A stretch of DNA of 63,995 nt, counting the filler, from Octopus bimaculoides (lineage: Eukaryota), in NCBI RefSeq assembly GCF_001194135.2. It is 6 parts of 6 records of this genome, joined end to end, with 100 filler letters (N's around TTAATTAATTAA, not from the genome) between each part and the next. Parts side by side here need not be neighbours in the genome. Positions count along the whole stretch, not along the records: positions 29,595 to 54,224 come from NC_068987.1; 5 more parts are not named here. One strand, 5' to 3'. The notes beneath the pieces are model-generated. The model searched no databases, was not told the origin of the DNA, and saw only the letters and a list, made by a program, of their open reading frames with translations. This document shows positions 39,031-53,041 of the stretch, one piece after another; position 1 is the stretch's first letter; each line of letters starts with the position of its first letter. A program made the translations under genes and the position numbers.

Positions 39031-40399
39031 GCCTCTGCTGACTGTTAAAAATCCATGAAGGTCACATGTTTAGATAGACCCCAGTATTTCACTAGTACCT
39101 ATTTTATTGAGTTTTTGAGAACAAAATAAAAAGTTTACTCAAGTTGACCTCAGACTATAACTGAATGCTATTTTGTACAATGTTTTAACAATTTTACTTC
39201 CCTCGTCTTTGCAATAATTTCTACAGAAATTTCATAAGGTAGTGAAATGGTAGTACCATATAGTATCAAACAGAATACCTCATCATATTTGTTTCAATTC
39301 TGTGTTCTGAGTTCAAATCCCACCATGATCAACTTTGCCTTTCATCTTTTCAAGGTTAATAAAAACGTACCAAACCAGGGAGGTTGATTGGTAGAATTGT
39401 AAGAACACTAGACCAGATGCCTTGCAGTATTTTTTTTTTTTTTTTTCTGGCTGTTTGCATTCTGAGTTCAAATCTTGCTGTGGCCTACTTGGGTGTAGAT
39501 TTAATTTATTGCTGGTTTAATACCACCACCACCACCTAAAACCAAGTTCCTTTAGCGGAATTTATTCTGTTGCAAGCAATTGGGTTTAATACTTTGGTGG
39601 AAGGGAGAAAGGTATCCTCAAACCAATCTTGGGCATTGTTTTTCTGACCAACTAAAAGACAAAAAAAGAAGAGGCACAAGGCCAGAAACTTTTGGGAGAG
39701 GAAACGATCAACCCTAGCGACTGACCAATCCTTACTGACTACCGGAGAGGTAAAAAGCAAAAGTGGTCACATCCAGATTTGAATTCAGAACATAAAGGGC
39801 CAGAGCAAATACTGCTTAGCATTCTTTCTGACATTCTGCCAATCCAAAGGTTGCAAATAAGGGAAGGAGATTATTGATTAAAATGACAACTCATATTTAT
39901 ATTTTATTAATCCCAGAAGAAATGTTAAGGCCAAAATGGACGGTGGCAACTTTTTCAAATTCAGGGATGAAAGGTCGTAACCAAATACCCAAGGCATTTT
40001 GTCTATTTGCCAATTCTGCTAATCTACCAAGTTGTAGTTCTTTATCCCCAGGTTGGCTCTAACAGAGCAGCTAGGTAATCAAAAGTATAGCATTCATGAT
40101 CATCCAGTTAATCCAGGATTACATTACCCTGGAGAGAAACATCCAACATCAGTAACAGTAGAACATGATATGAGAGAATTTCAACTGCTTCTTCCAACAG
40201 GGCAAACAACAGGGGCTCCTTTGATGATGTTTTTGTTGCAGAGTAGATCTATCGCATATCCATTTAATCCTAGAAAACAGCAGCAGCCTAAGGGCTCCCT
40301 GTGGTTCAGAAAGGATTAGCTTTTTAAAAAACACACATTACAGTTGGGGTGATGCATATGAAAGGTTTTACTTTTTTTACTTTTTATTTGCTAATCACT

Positions 40400-40660
40400 G
40401 GATTGCAGTCGTGCTGGGGCACCACCTTCAAGGGTTTAGTTAAATAAATCAACTGCAGTACACATTCTTTTAATCCTTCTACTTATTCTATCAATGTCTT
40501 TTGCTGAACTACTAGGTTACGGGGATATAAACCAACACTGGCTGGCAAGTGTTGTGGAGAACAAACACAAATAAGTATAAATTTCGCGTGCCAGGCAGCG
40601 GAACAGAACCCAAGGTCATATGGTTGGGAAGCAAGCATTTTAACCACACAGCTACAGCAT
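40400..40660 (-). mobile_element. Degenerate SINE family A copy
   Basis: Recognisable tail, body and head segments with internal deletions. Confidence 0.6.
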
Positions 40661-43169
40661 GTGAAAAGGAGAGAGAAAAGCAGGGTTAAGTTAACAGTTA
40701 GAAATAGTCGCATCAAACAACCATATTGAGAGAGCTGTACCAGCTTTTACATGACAGGAATAACAATGTAGTAATCGTGGTAATTGCTGTCCGAGGTCAA
40801 CGCTGAGTACAACCATGAACGAAATCATTTTCGGCTATGACTTATTCCGTCATTTTAGAAACGCACACACAACTTTGCTGCTAGTAGCAGTCGTCGTCGT
40901 CCGACATCACTAACAATACTCCCCCGCCAAAGAAAATGAAGGTGAGACATAATAATCTGGGACATATATGCCTTGAGTATTAGAGATATATGGCGAATAG
41001 CAGTTTATAACTAACTGGGAATGAAAATCAGGTGCCAAACGTGTTGTTGCAGTAGTGGGTGGCAATGGCGGTGATAGTGGTGTAACAACCTTGATTTTAT
41101 TATAATTTACACAGTACGATTAATCCGTCTCTAACCTTAAGAGATGTAAACAGATTAAAGAGAGACTAGATAGACGTAGGAGTTATGTTCGAGGCATTGA
41201 CCATCAAAAAGAGAGAAAGACTAGATTAAAGAAAAAGCAGTAGCAAGAGGAGAGAAAGAGAAGCAAAAGAAAGACGGAAAGGGAGAAAATAAAACAGCGG
41301 AGAAAGAGAGAGAGTGAGTGATAAAAAGAGATAGGATGAAGGGGAGAAAGAAAGAAAAGTAGAGGAAAGGTGCAAAAAGAAAAAGGAAAGCGTAGAAATT
41401 AAGGGAAAAGAAAAAAGAAAGGAACAATAAAAATAGTAAAAGAGAAAGAGACAGAGAGGTCAAGAAACATGCAAATAACTCCAACATTGAAACGGGAGAT
41501 TAAAACACTAGTAAACGTGTCCGCGATGTATTTATAGATGTAATTAATAGAATATTAAGTTACTCTTTAAGAAAATAAAATGTATGTATACGTGGGTATA
41601 AGGGTGTTATAGAAAAACATACGAGATAAAAAGTTATATATATATAACACAATATGTTTAATTTAACTCTAATTTAATCTTGAATTTCTTATTAAGGAAT
41701 AACTCGGGTTTAGATGAACCGAGACAGATTTTATATAAGATTTTCTAACAGATACAAGGCCTCAAATTTGGGGGAGGTGGTTATTTATAGCCGATGAGAC
41801 TCACAGTACTCATTTGGTATTTATTTTGCCAACCTCAGATTTAACACACACACACACACATACAAGAAGTCACACTAAAACTGCTGATCAGCTCTCCGTA
41901 AAATAACCTAATTATACCTCGTGTAACAAAATATCACAATATCACCAGTATTTTACATTGCTGAAGAGAGAAAGAGATGGATTTAATATGAATATTTCAG
42001 AGAAAAAATGATCACATGTATAGTTTCCCCCATCATCAACACTATAGAACCTCGTGGCGCCCATACCGATATGAAGGCATTGCAAACAAGCGGTAACAAC
42101 TGATGAAATCCGTAGTCCTCGCGACAGGGAGAGAGAAATGGTAGTGATAAAGCAGCTTATAATCACACCTAATACTACCAAACGGTTATCAAAATTTGTG
42201 GATTCAAGACAAAATTCAGGATATTGTTTCTAGCTTTATCATCACACACTGTCACCAAAAACGACTCCGCCCCACAAGCGCGCGCATTATATATATATAT
42301 ATATATATAGTTTTTATCCCTAATATTATATCTATATATAAGGAAGGATTTATCCATCACATATACTTCTCATTNNNNNNNNNNNNNNNNNNNNNNNNNN
42401 NNNNNNNNNNNNNNNNNNNNNNNNNNNNNNNNNNNNNNNNNNNNNNNNNNNNNNNNNNNNNNNNNNNNNNNNNNNNNNNNNNNNNNNNNNNNNNNNNNNN
42501 NNNNNNNNNNNNNNNNNNNNNNNNNNNNNNNNNNNNNNNNNNNNNNNNNNNNNNNNNNNNNNNNNNNNNNNNNNNNNNNNNNNNNNNNNNNNNNNNNNNN
42601 NNNNNNNNNNNNNNNNNNNNNNNNNNNNNNNNNNNNNNNNNNNNNNNNNNNNNNNNNNNNNNNNNNNNNNNNNNNNNNNNNNNNNNNNNNNNNNNNNNNN
42701 NNNNNNNNNNNNNNNNNNNNNNNNNNNNNNNNNNNNNNNNNNNNNNNNNNNNNNNNNNNNNNNNNNNNNNNNNNNNNNNNNNNNNNNNNNNNNNNNNNNN
42801 NNNNNNNNNNNNNNNNNNNNNNNNNNNNNNNNNNNNNNNNNNNNNNNNNNNNNNNNNNNNNNNNNNNNNNNNNNNNNNNNNNNNNNNNNNNNNNNNNNNN
42901 NNNNNNNNNNNNNNNNNNNNNNNNNNNNNNNNNNNNNNNNNNNNNNNNNNNNNNNNNNNNNNNNNNNNNNNNNNNNNNNNNNNNNNNNNNNNNNNNNNNN
43001 NNNNNNNNNNNNNNNNNNNNNNNNNNNNNNNNNNNNNNNNNNNNNNNNNNNNNNNNNNNNNNNNNNNNNNNNNNNNNNNNNNNNNNNNNNNNNNNNNNNN
43101 NTTTAACGATCCCGAAAAGATGAAAGGCAAACCTCGGAGAGATTTTATGAAGATAATTATAATAATAAC

Positions 43170-43500
43170 GGTTTCAAATCTTGGCACAAGGCCAGCAAGT
43201 TCGGAGGAGGGGTATAAGTACCAGTGATCAACTGGTACTTATTTTATTGATCCGGAAAGGATGAAAGGCAAAGTTGACATCGACGAGATTTGAATATGAT
43301 GATGATGGTAAAAATAATAATAATAATAATTCTTAAGCACAAGGCCTGAATTTTTTGTGGGGTGGGAGGCTAGTCGATTACATCGACCCCAGGGCGCAAC
43401 TGGTATTTATTTCATAGACCACGAAAGGATGAAAGGCAAAGCCGATCTTGGCGGAATTTGAACCCAGAACGTACGGAGGGACGAAATGCTGCTAAGCATG
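43170..43500 (-). mobile_element. Tandem pair of SINE family B
   Basis: Two reverse copies separated by (GAT)/(AAT)n; another copy at ~44520-44700. Confidence 0.7.
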
Positions 43501-46500
43501 AAATGGAATCGATTTATTTTTACCATTTATGACTAGTATTTATTCTACGGCGATCTTTCGTTTTGACTCGCCTATTCTAACCCTGGAATGGATGAAGGCA
43601 ATGCCGAATGTCCTAGGTCAGAATCTAACTCTTACGTTTACGCATTCGATAAGTCCTTGTGGAAATTAATTTATTCCATGATAGTCGATTCAGACGAATG
43701 GCCGCTCATTTGAGATTAACTTTACCCAATAGGCATATACTAAAAACAAAGGAAAACAATGCTGCCCCAAATTCTCTAGCGCGCATACAGCACATGACAT
43801 ATGTTAGAGGAAGGAAGGTCACAGACAGGGATTTAACAAAACGATAGGATCTTATTAAATTTCTTTCAACCATGTGGAGAATTTCAAATGTTTGTCCCAT
43901 TATTTTTTTTTAAACGTAAGTTTTGCATGCTGATGCACGTTTGGCTAAAATTCCATAACTTTAAATACTTGTGACGTCTTTATTAATTTCAAAACAAAAA
44001 GCGAAATGAATGCTTTGTTGTCATCGGCAGAACTACAATCAAAACTACATTTTTAAAAACAACATGGTAAAAATTTGAAAAACTTCAAGAGGTTGGAAGA
44101 GATGTAACAAGATCCAACCGCTATCAATGGCAAGTGGAAAGAAAAAGTGATGGCAAATGTTTCACATGGGTTATGGCAAGTAAAAATAGATCTCTACTCT
44201 AGATTTCAACAAGTTAGCCTGTCGTAAGATATTAAACCATTCAAACTCAAAACCTCATTACTTCTTATGAAGTTGTAGATACTCTTAAAGAATCTTTCTG
44301 TACTATACAGTTTTTTTAAATGTAATTCTACTCACATCTAGAAAGCTTTCATAGCAATACTAAATGGACTACACTATGTGGCTGATATTTTTATTTTCTT
44401 TATAATTAATCAACCCCGGAAGGATAACAGCTAAAGCTAAATTCGAATTCAATCTACGAAGAACAGTAACTAAACACCGCGGGTAATTTGTCCAGCATTT
44501 CAATACATAACTTCGTAATTTAGGCACAAGGCCAGCAATGTTGAAGGGAGATTGATCGACCTTAGTATTTCACTGGTATTTAATATCGACGCCAGAAGGG
44601 ATGAAAGATACTGTTGACCTCGGCAGTATTTTGGCCTCAGGACCTAAAGACTCGGAACGAGTGCCGTAGGGCACTTTTTCCAACGCTCTAACGATTCTCA
44701 TTCACAAGTTTATTAGTTTCGTTGTTTTGCTGGAGACGTGCAAAGCCATTAATTAGTCCCCAGCGTATAATTTAATTGTGTGTGTGTGTGTGTCACGTGA
44801 CCCACTCACGCTGCAGTTATACTATTACCACTACTGCTACTACCAACACGGTACAGACACGTGTAACCTGCAAAGGAAGGAAGGGGGATACACAATGTAT
44901 TTAGCACAGAGTAAAAACGAGCAACGTGGTGTGTTAGGCGGCAGAATTATAAGAGAAGAGAGAATTCACGAAGGGACAGTTAACACTCGTGTACCTTTAA
45001 CTAATAATTTTCCCATAGTACAATGTCCTGGCTGTCATTTAGCTCCTAGTTCGTTCCAGCAATGACCACTACAATTTTTTTTTAGACAGAAGGACTTGCT
45101 TGATTTTGCTATCTAGCCGGTTGAGCTATCAACCAGAAGCCTTCTTTAGCTCCTGGCTTTTGTTTAACGGCAGGCCAATCCTAATTGAAAACCGTGTGTA
45201 ATAAAGGCATTTAGCTGTAACCACATCATAATTTCGAGGGTATCCAAGATGGTCGTTTATGCTCTTTCCTAGTTGAAGAACGAAACTAAAGCCATGCTAG
45301 AATACTGCCTTCAGAGGTTACTGGTCGAATATATCGATCCTACAACCAATTGCAGTGTGGTACTTACTTTATCGATCCCAAGCGAATAGCTAACGCAAAG
45401 AGACGCAACACGATGCAGTTTAATGTCGCTATACATGAAATTCAGTCTCACACACAAAACTAAAATGCGCAAAGTGTTGTTCAAATGTATTGCCAGTGGC
45501 ACATATTTGAACAACGAAGGCAAATAGCGGTATAGTAAATAGCAGAAAAAGATCGATTTTTGAGTTATTGAAATTATCTCTGCTCCAAGAGAAGGGGGAC
45601 TGATCACTTGCTAGCAAATGCCACTAGCTCCAGATTAAAAAAATATTCTCTAAAACTGATATGCCTTTAAGAAAAAGACTGTCAGTCAGAAGACAAGAGA
45701 ACAGCTGTGAATGCATGTTTCTCCTTCAATAGGCATCCTCAATACAACAACTGTCCTACATCATTTTCAACAGAACGAGACACTTAGATATATACAAAAA
45801 GAATACAACACACTTTACAGTCACATAAATATACATACATGTATACATATATATATATATATATAACTTCAAACTCATTGGCTTTAACAATAATGGTGTT
45901 AGAGAAATGTGTGTGCAGAGATGCATCTCTGAACACAAACACATCCACATAATATCCTTAGAGGGAGAAAGGGGACAAAAATAGTCCAAATGAAGGCAGA
46001 TAAGTTCTTGAGAAGACCAAGACATAATAGAAAATTTGCAGTTACTACTGCATGAAATTTCAATAGCATTCATACCACTAGAACCCAATCCATTGAATAT
46101 CATTTGAAAACCATAGGAAAACAACTTCCATCTCCAGACAAGTGAAGGGAAAATAGAGCACATCTTTTAGTACATGAATTTATAAACTTCTTTCTTACTG
46201 GCTGGGTGCATCAATTTGACAAATCAGAACTGGCATCAATGGAAACTCCGATTGGAGTTCAACTATGTACACATGTTAGTCACATAATATTTTACAAAAC
46301 ATTTCCTTTATAGAATTGAGCCAGGCGGCTGGAACTGGGCTGTTAGCTGTATGTTTGACATATCTGGGTCTTTTCACCAGTTGTCATCACATGCCAGGTA
46401 CAACCTCAGATTTAACAGTCAATGGCTTACCAAAACGGTGACTAACTTGATTCAGAATAAAGTTTAATTTTTTCCTATGGCTAATAGTGTTGTATCACTC

Positions 46501-47991
46501 AACTCTATACACTCTTTCCCCTTTCCATTAGTAACCTAGGCACAACTCCCACCTCCCTCTTACTTTACCTCTTTCTCTCTTCTGAAGTAGGTAATTGAAT
46601 TTCAATGTGAATGAAGGTAAATGTAAAGGAAACAACATTGACCATACAACAGAGAAGTGGATTGGGGATGAAGATGAGAGAGGCATATATGACCCTTAGA
46701 TGCCTTCCCAGAACAATGAGTGTCCCAGTTGAGATAATGCATGACAATAATTTACCATGTCCTTATGTAATACCTAGTATCTAATACTTCTGGGTGAGAT
46801 ACTTCACCCTACATTCATCCCAACTAACTGAGATGTAAACATAAAAAAAAGAGTTAGCAATAGCTCCTTGTAGATAGACATGCATTAGACCAGTCTTAGT
46901 CAAGGACAACAGGATCAACTTCAGAAGGATTGATAAACAGAAGCATGAATGAAGATCAATTCAAAACATTAATATGTATATGAGTGAACCAGTCAAAACG
47001 ATAGTATTCCGAGTACAAACAACACACACACACACACAATTGGTCAATGAAGTAAACATGCTATTAGAATGGCATAGTGCTTTGACTAGATTCTAATTAG
47101 GTAGAAACTGTCAAGAAAGAACAAAGAGTTTCTTCAAATCAAGCATTTCAATTCTTGATGCTTCAAGCATGTTGAGCCATATCCAGCTTTTAAGATCAAA
47201 GTAATCTGCTGTTATTGACAAATGAAGGTCTTAGATTAAATCCTTGATAATTTAGTGCTAATATTTTCTACAAATGTTCTATCCACTTTATCTTGACCAG
47301 AAAGGCAGATTCCTTGAGGAAAGAAGAGGAATTTTTTTTTCATTTCTTTTAGATACAATTTCTATCAAAGGGACCTTTTCTTACTACACTCAACATCTTC
47401 CCCAGCACTATTTCATCTACTGCAACTCTAGGGATACCCTTGGTTTGCCTACTGATACCTAACTGCTTCCAAAGAACATTTACCAATGTATGCTATTGTA
47501 CAAGTGAGGCATGTACTCCTAAAATGCATATTAACTATGGAGTGGATAGAGGGGAGGTAAAGGTTAACAGAAAGTGGATCAACAAAAATATATAAAAGTA
47601 CAAATAAGTAAAATCTATAATATAGTTCTCTGTGTTAAAATAATTTAACTTTTATTTCTTTCTCCACAGAATAATTCTAAAATGTCACCCAATATTTCTG
47701 GTTTTTCCTGTCTTTCTTATGTATAAAACTTCAGCATAGCAGAACCAACACATATACACTGCATCAGAATATATAATAAGGTAATATAATATACACACTC
47801 ACACACACACACACACACTACCAAAATCACACACAGCACAAATACCAATAAGTCCGATCAGTGGAAACATCTTCATTGAAATTTACCAAAAGCATAATGG
47901 CAAAAACATGAAATAAATAAATTTCTCTGCAGAGTTTGTATTCAATTATATTTACCATAACAAACAATATTTAAACATACAATTATTAAGC

Positions 47992-48022
<31 letters not shown>

Positions 48023-48278
48023 AATAATAAACAGAAGAAAAAAAATCATGTATTTTCCTTAAAAACTAGGCAAACTAACACATTCTCTAGTTAATCATTA
48101 TTAGAATCAGAAGAAATAAAATACATGCCATTTTGTTTATAATTTCTTTTGTATGGAAACTTTTGGTCACATTGTACATACACACACATACATGTTTTAC
48201 TAACATTCTTCTCACACACACACACACATGTATGTGTATACACATAATACATAGTGTGGATGTGTATGTATGCATGTA

Positions 48279-48310
<32 letters not shown>

Positions 48311-51300
48311 CATACACACAAACAAATGTGTATAGATGTAATAATGTGCGCTTTTATTTATATATACATACATTTATGTGAATATACGTAATACTTACAG
48401 TATGCCTATTTCATATATATATATATACACGCGTGTGTGCATGTATACATATATGTATATACACACACACACACACAAACATAGGCAGGGTGATCAAAAA
48501 GTAATTGTGCAGTTAAACTTATATACTTACATTATTTCTGTCTTTATGAACAATTAAAATAATTGTTGCTTGCACACACACATATATATATATATTGAAA
48601 GCAATATTAAGCAAGCAAATTCAAAGCTAATCTGCAGAGTACTAAATACTTTTCATTAATAGCTGAATAATCAATCCTTCAGCTATTAATATCACAAACA
48701 GACATGTTTTACAACTAAAAAAATCTTTATTTCTATTGTATACCTGTTATTAAACATATATTTTCATTAACTGACATAAAAAAAAAATTATTTGCAATGT
48801 ACACACTGACATTTTGATCACAGAAATATTCTATTCATATATATGATTATATATATATATATGTTTACCTTTCTTCTTAATCTCAAACCAACAAATTATT
48901 AAAACATTAAAAAAATTCCACACAAAGAATAAGGAACAAAACACAATTTATACACATCATCAACATCAACAAGAACAAAAGAAATAGAATACATACACAA
49001 ATGATCCAGGAGTTGTTTTTAGTTTAATGTTGTTTGTTGTTGATGATGATGATGATGTTGTTTTAGTTAAAGTTGCATGATGTAGCTGTTGCTGCTGTTA
49101 CGCTTGACAAAGTGCTGCTGTTGCTGCTGCTGCTGTTGCTGCAGATATCACCTCTATCTACTGGGGGCTGAATCAGTCGCTGCTGCAGTTGTTACTGTCT
49201 ACAGGAAGCTGAAACAGTTGGTGCTGCTGCTGCTGTTGTTGTTGGTGGTGGTGTTGGTGGTGTTGGTGGTGGTGGCGGTGGTGGTGTTGGTATTGATGTT
49301 GGTGTTGCTACTGTCTATCAAGGGTGCTGGATCAGTTGGTGCTGCAGCTGTTGCTGTATTTTAGGAAAAAAAAAAAAAAGTTGGCGATGCTGCTGTCGTC
49401 ACATTTCAGCCCAGAGTACTGAATCAGTTGGTGATGGTGATGCTGCTGCCAATTAGTTCTGCTTGTATAGGAATGAATTGTGCTGTTGCTCGAATATACA
49501 ACAGTTATGACAATGGGTTTTGTTGTGGCTGCTACAGCTCCTTTTATTTACCATTGTATCACTGTTCTTGAGATTACAGTTGCTCATCTGATATTGAGAA
49601 AGGAGGAGGAGGAGGAGTTGATGCCAGGTGATATTAATAAGGTCGCTGCTGTATAATTATTAATTATCAGTTGATGCTGAAGACGATGGTCGATGGGCTT
49701 GCCCAGTTCTTTCTCTCTCTTTTCTCACCAGAAATGAGATTCAAAATAGATTTAATTCTTTCATGATTATTTATCAAATTGAGTATACATCTACAAATCT
49801 CTTGCCCATTCAGTTCAGCTGCTTCTGTGAGAAGAGGAGAGATGATAAATATTTCCATCTGCAGTTTTGGCGATGACAATAGTAGTGATGTATATTTTCT
49901 TGGAGTGGGAAGAATTAGATATAAGCAATCAAATCTGCTTCATCAAAACCACCAATGTTACTGGTATACAGAAGATTCTTTATCACTGAGGAAGGAGGCG
50001 AAGGAAAACAAGAACTCAATCTTGCCAAGAGTAGAATAGGAGAATGAATCAAATGTTGCAAAACTGAATCTAGAATGTGAGAATACAGCTTTCTATCATT
50101 TGTTTGTGTCAAAACCAGCTTTCATAATATTAATTATTATGAGCTATGAAGCATTACAGTTACTTGCTCAAAAGAAATGGTAGGAGACCGTGACATTTAA
50201 GAACTTCATTGAAGTTATTAAAAACCATAGTAAGTAGATGAAATGGTTTCAAACTGAAATCCAGTCTCTCTCTTCTGATACCTAGTGTTGCACAATGGCT
50301 GTTTACAAAGCAGGAGTCTTTTTTTTTTTCTAGCTTCTTTTGACAAATAACAAATGAATAGCAGAACCATTAATAACATGAAAAGTTTTGGTATTTCAAA
50401 ATGGCCATTATTGAAGAAATTTCAATGTTCCAAATCAAGTATCAAGACAATGTTATAGGATATTCTCATGAACATTTGCCTCCAGTCTCTCTCATCACAA
50501 TAATAATATTGATAAAGTTCAGCATGAGGTGCAATTTATTTCTTTATGAACAATCAAGAATCTTTGGCCACATTTTCAGCACCATGGTTTAATCCAGTGA
50601 TAGTGTCATCCATTCTAAAGGAAGGAAGGACTGACTCAGAAAGATTTATTAACTAACACACAATAAAATAAACAAGACAGCAAATTTGACACCAAATATG
50701 CTCTCTCACACACACACACACACGTCTGGTGCTTCAGCCTGTCAATACATAGATATCAAGGATGAAAAATAGTCCTCGAACTGTAGAATAATGATTATTA
50801 TGAAAGTTCTTGTAGATGCAGACTTATTTGATGACTTTCACACATACATGAGGTTTCATCTTGAGTGAGGAGAATTCTCCCTCGCTTTCCCTGTTTAGGC
50901 TCTGTTGATGTGATTTTCAGCTGACATTGAACTGCTATCCTGCATCGATAAGAGGAGTTGTCATGAACAAATAAACAGGCAAGACCAAAACAAAAAAAAA
51001 AGGCTCTCTTGCATGTGAGACTGCATCTTGATAACACTGCTTTTCTTTTCCATAGTTTCACTGCATATAAGGTAGTTTCCAAAACGGAGCAGACCCATTC
51101 AAACGTTGTTGCTCCTGTTCAAATTGATGGTATTTAGGTCAACAGAGGTAGGATAGGGGTGTTAAAGGTTCAGATCAAACATACATTTTAATAAACAGAG
51201 AATATTCTGACTTTCAGGGAAATGCGTTGGTAATATTTGGAGTGGTGACAGTGGCACAGATCTTGGAGGAAAAGGACATTGTTAGTGAAAAAAGGAAGGT

Positions 51301-51881
51301 TACTTGCTAAAAGGTGAAAGAGTATAGTAGGAGAAATAATTGCATATCTGTCGGATTAAAGAAGTTTCAACAGCTTATTGTTTTCATGAGCGTCTTAAAA
51401 AAGGACCAACGATACCACAAAGCCAACTTTATTGTGTAGAGAGAAGAGAGGGAAAAATCAGATGGAAATTAATGTGGTATGATAATCAGCTCTTGATGAT
51501 TAGCAAACAATGAATATTTCTAGGAGTGAGAGAGGAAAGGTGACAAATTATTTTCCAAACCAGCTGCTGGCACTATATTGAAGGAGCTAATTTCCTTTCC
51601 CTTGTACATTGAATTGTACACCTGTTTTTAAACTGGTACTTATTTTATCATCTCTGCACTCAGAGGTAAGAGAGTAGTGGTGCATAGAGAAAATCTAAAA
51701 TAAATTCAGCCCATGGCTGGATGAGAACCTAAAATAGTGAGATTAAAAATAACAAAAAAAAATTAAAACAATAATAAACCTACGTTTGAACCCCCTTCCA
51801 ATTAATGAGCGACCTGCACATAACTGAACACTAATACAGACTAACTTTTCTTTATTATTCTTAACACAGACATGAAATTAC

Positions 51882-52010
51882 CTGACCTATTGCCTTGATG
51901 GGTACTGGGGTGAGTGCGGAGTAGCAGAGCGGAAGGGTTATTTATATAGGTCAGAGAACTGACTGAGATGTAGTGACAGTCAACAGTTGATAAGCAGCAA
52001 CCAACCAATC
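51882..52010 (-). promoter_or_regulatory. Pol II promoter (CCAAT + TATA) with short non-coding first exon
   Basis: AACCAATCA (CCAAT 52005-52009); TATAAATA on minus strand 51946-51939; predicted TSS ~51915; donor GTCAG|GTAATT at 51882/51881. Confidence 0.5.
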
Positions 52011-53008
52011 ACGAAACACAGCAACCTCCGCGCCAGAAAAAAAAAAACGGAGAGAAGGAGGTGGAGACCCGATTTCAATATTATACCCCACATTCTAAGC
52101 AAAAGAAAAAGAGGTGGTAGGCTGGGTTGGGTCGGGCTGATGATACAGAAAAACTGATTTTTGCTAAAATAGGAGATTCTAATTTACTTGTAAGACACAC
52201 TTCAGAAACACAGGACAAGAGTAGTAGTAGTAGCAGCAGCAGCAGTAGTAGTAGTAGTAGTGGCGGCAGCAACTAAATTCAATTGTAAACAGATTTTCTA
52301 GCCCTCTCCTCAGACACATTCAGCGCCATAGTTCTTTTTTTTTTTTTCCAATTAATGTGAAACATAGGGATGTCTATTGTTAGATAAATATCCATTACTT
52401 TAATAACAATACCTAATTAATATGATTAAAAACTACTGCTAAGCTTTTAAACTGATGTCTGGTTATACGTATATGCATGCACACACACACACTATATATA
52501 TATATATATATATNNNNNNNNNNNNNNNNNNNNNNNNNNNNNNNNNNNNNNNNNNNNNNNNNNNNNNNNNNNNNNNNNNNNNNNNNNNNNNNNNNNNNNN
52601 NNNNNNNNNNNNNNNNNNNNNNNNNNNNNNNNNNNNNNNNNNNNNNNNNNNNNNNNNNNNNNNNNNNNNNNNNNNNNNNNNNNNNNNNNNNNNNNNNNNN
52701 NNNNNNNNNNNNNNNNNNNNNNNNNNNNNNNNNNNNNNNNNNNNNNNNNNNNNNNNNNNNNNNNNNNNNNNNNNNNNNNNNNNNNNNNNNNNNNNNNNNN
52801 NNNNNNNNNNNNNNNNNNNNNNNNNNNNNNNNNNNNNNNNNNNNNNNNNNNNNNNNNNNNNNNNNNNNNNNNNNNNNNNNNNNNNNNNNNNNNNNNNNNN
52901 NNNNNNNNNNNNNNNNNNNNNNNNNNNNNNNNNNNNNNNNNNNNNNNNNNNNNNNNNNNNNNNNNNNNNNNNNNNNNNNNNNNNNNNNNNNNNNNNNNNN
53001 NNNNNNNN

Positions 53009-53041
<33 letters not shown>

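Noticed and set aside
45476-45515. ~40-nt hairpin GTTGTTCAAATGT...ATATTTGAACAAC
   Set aside because: Too short for a pre-miRNA and the stem does not extend; no other support.
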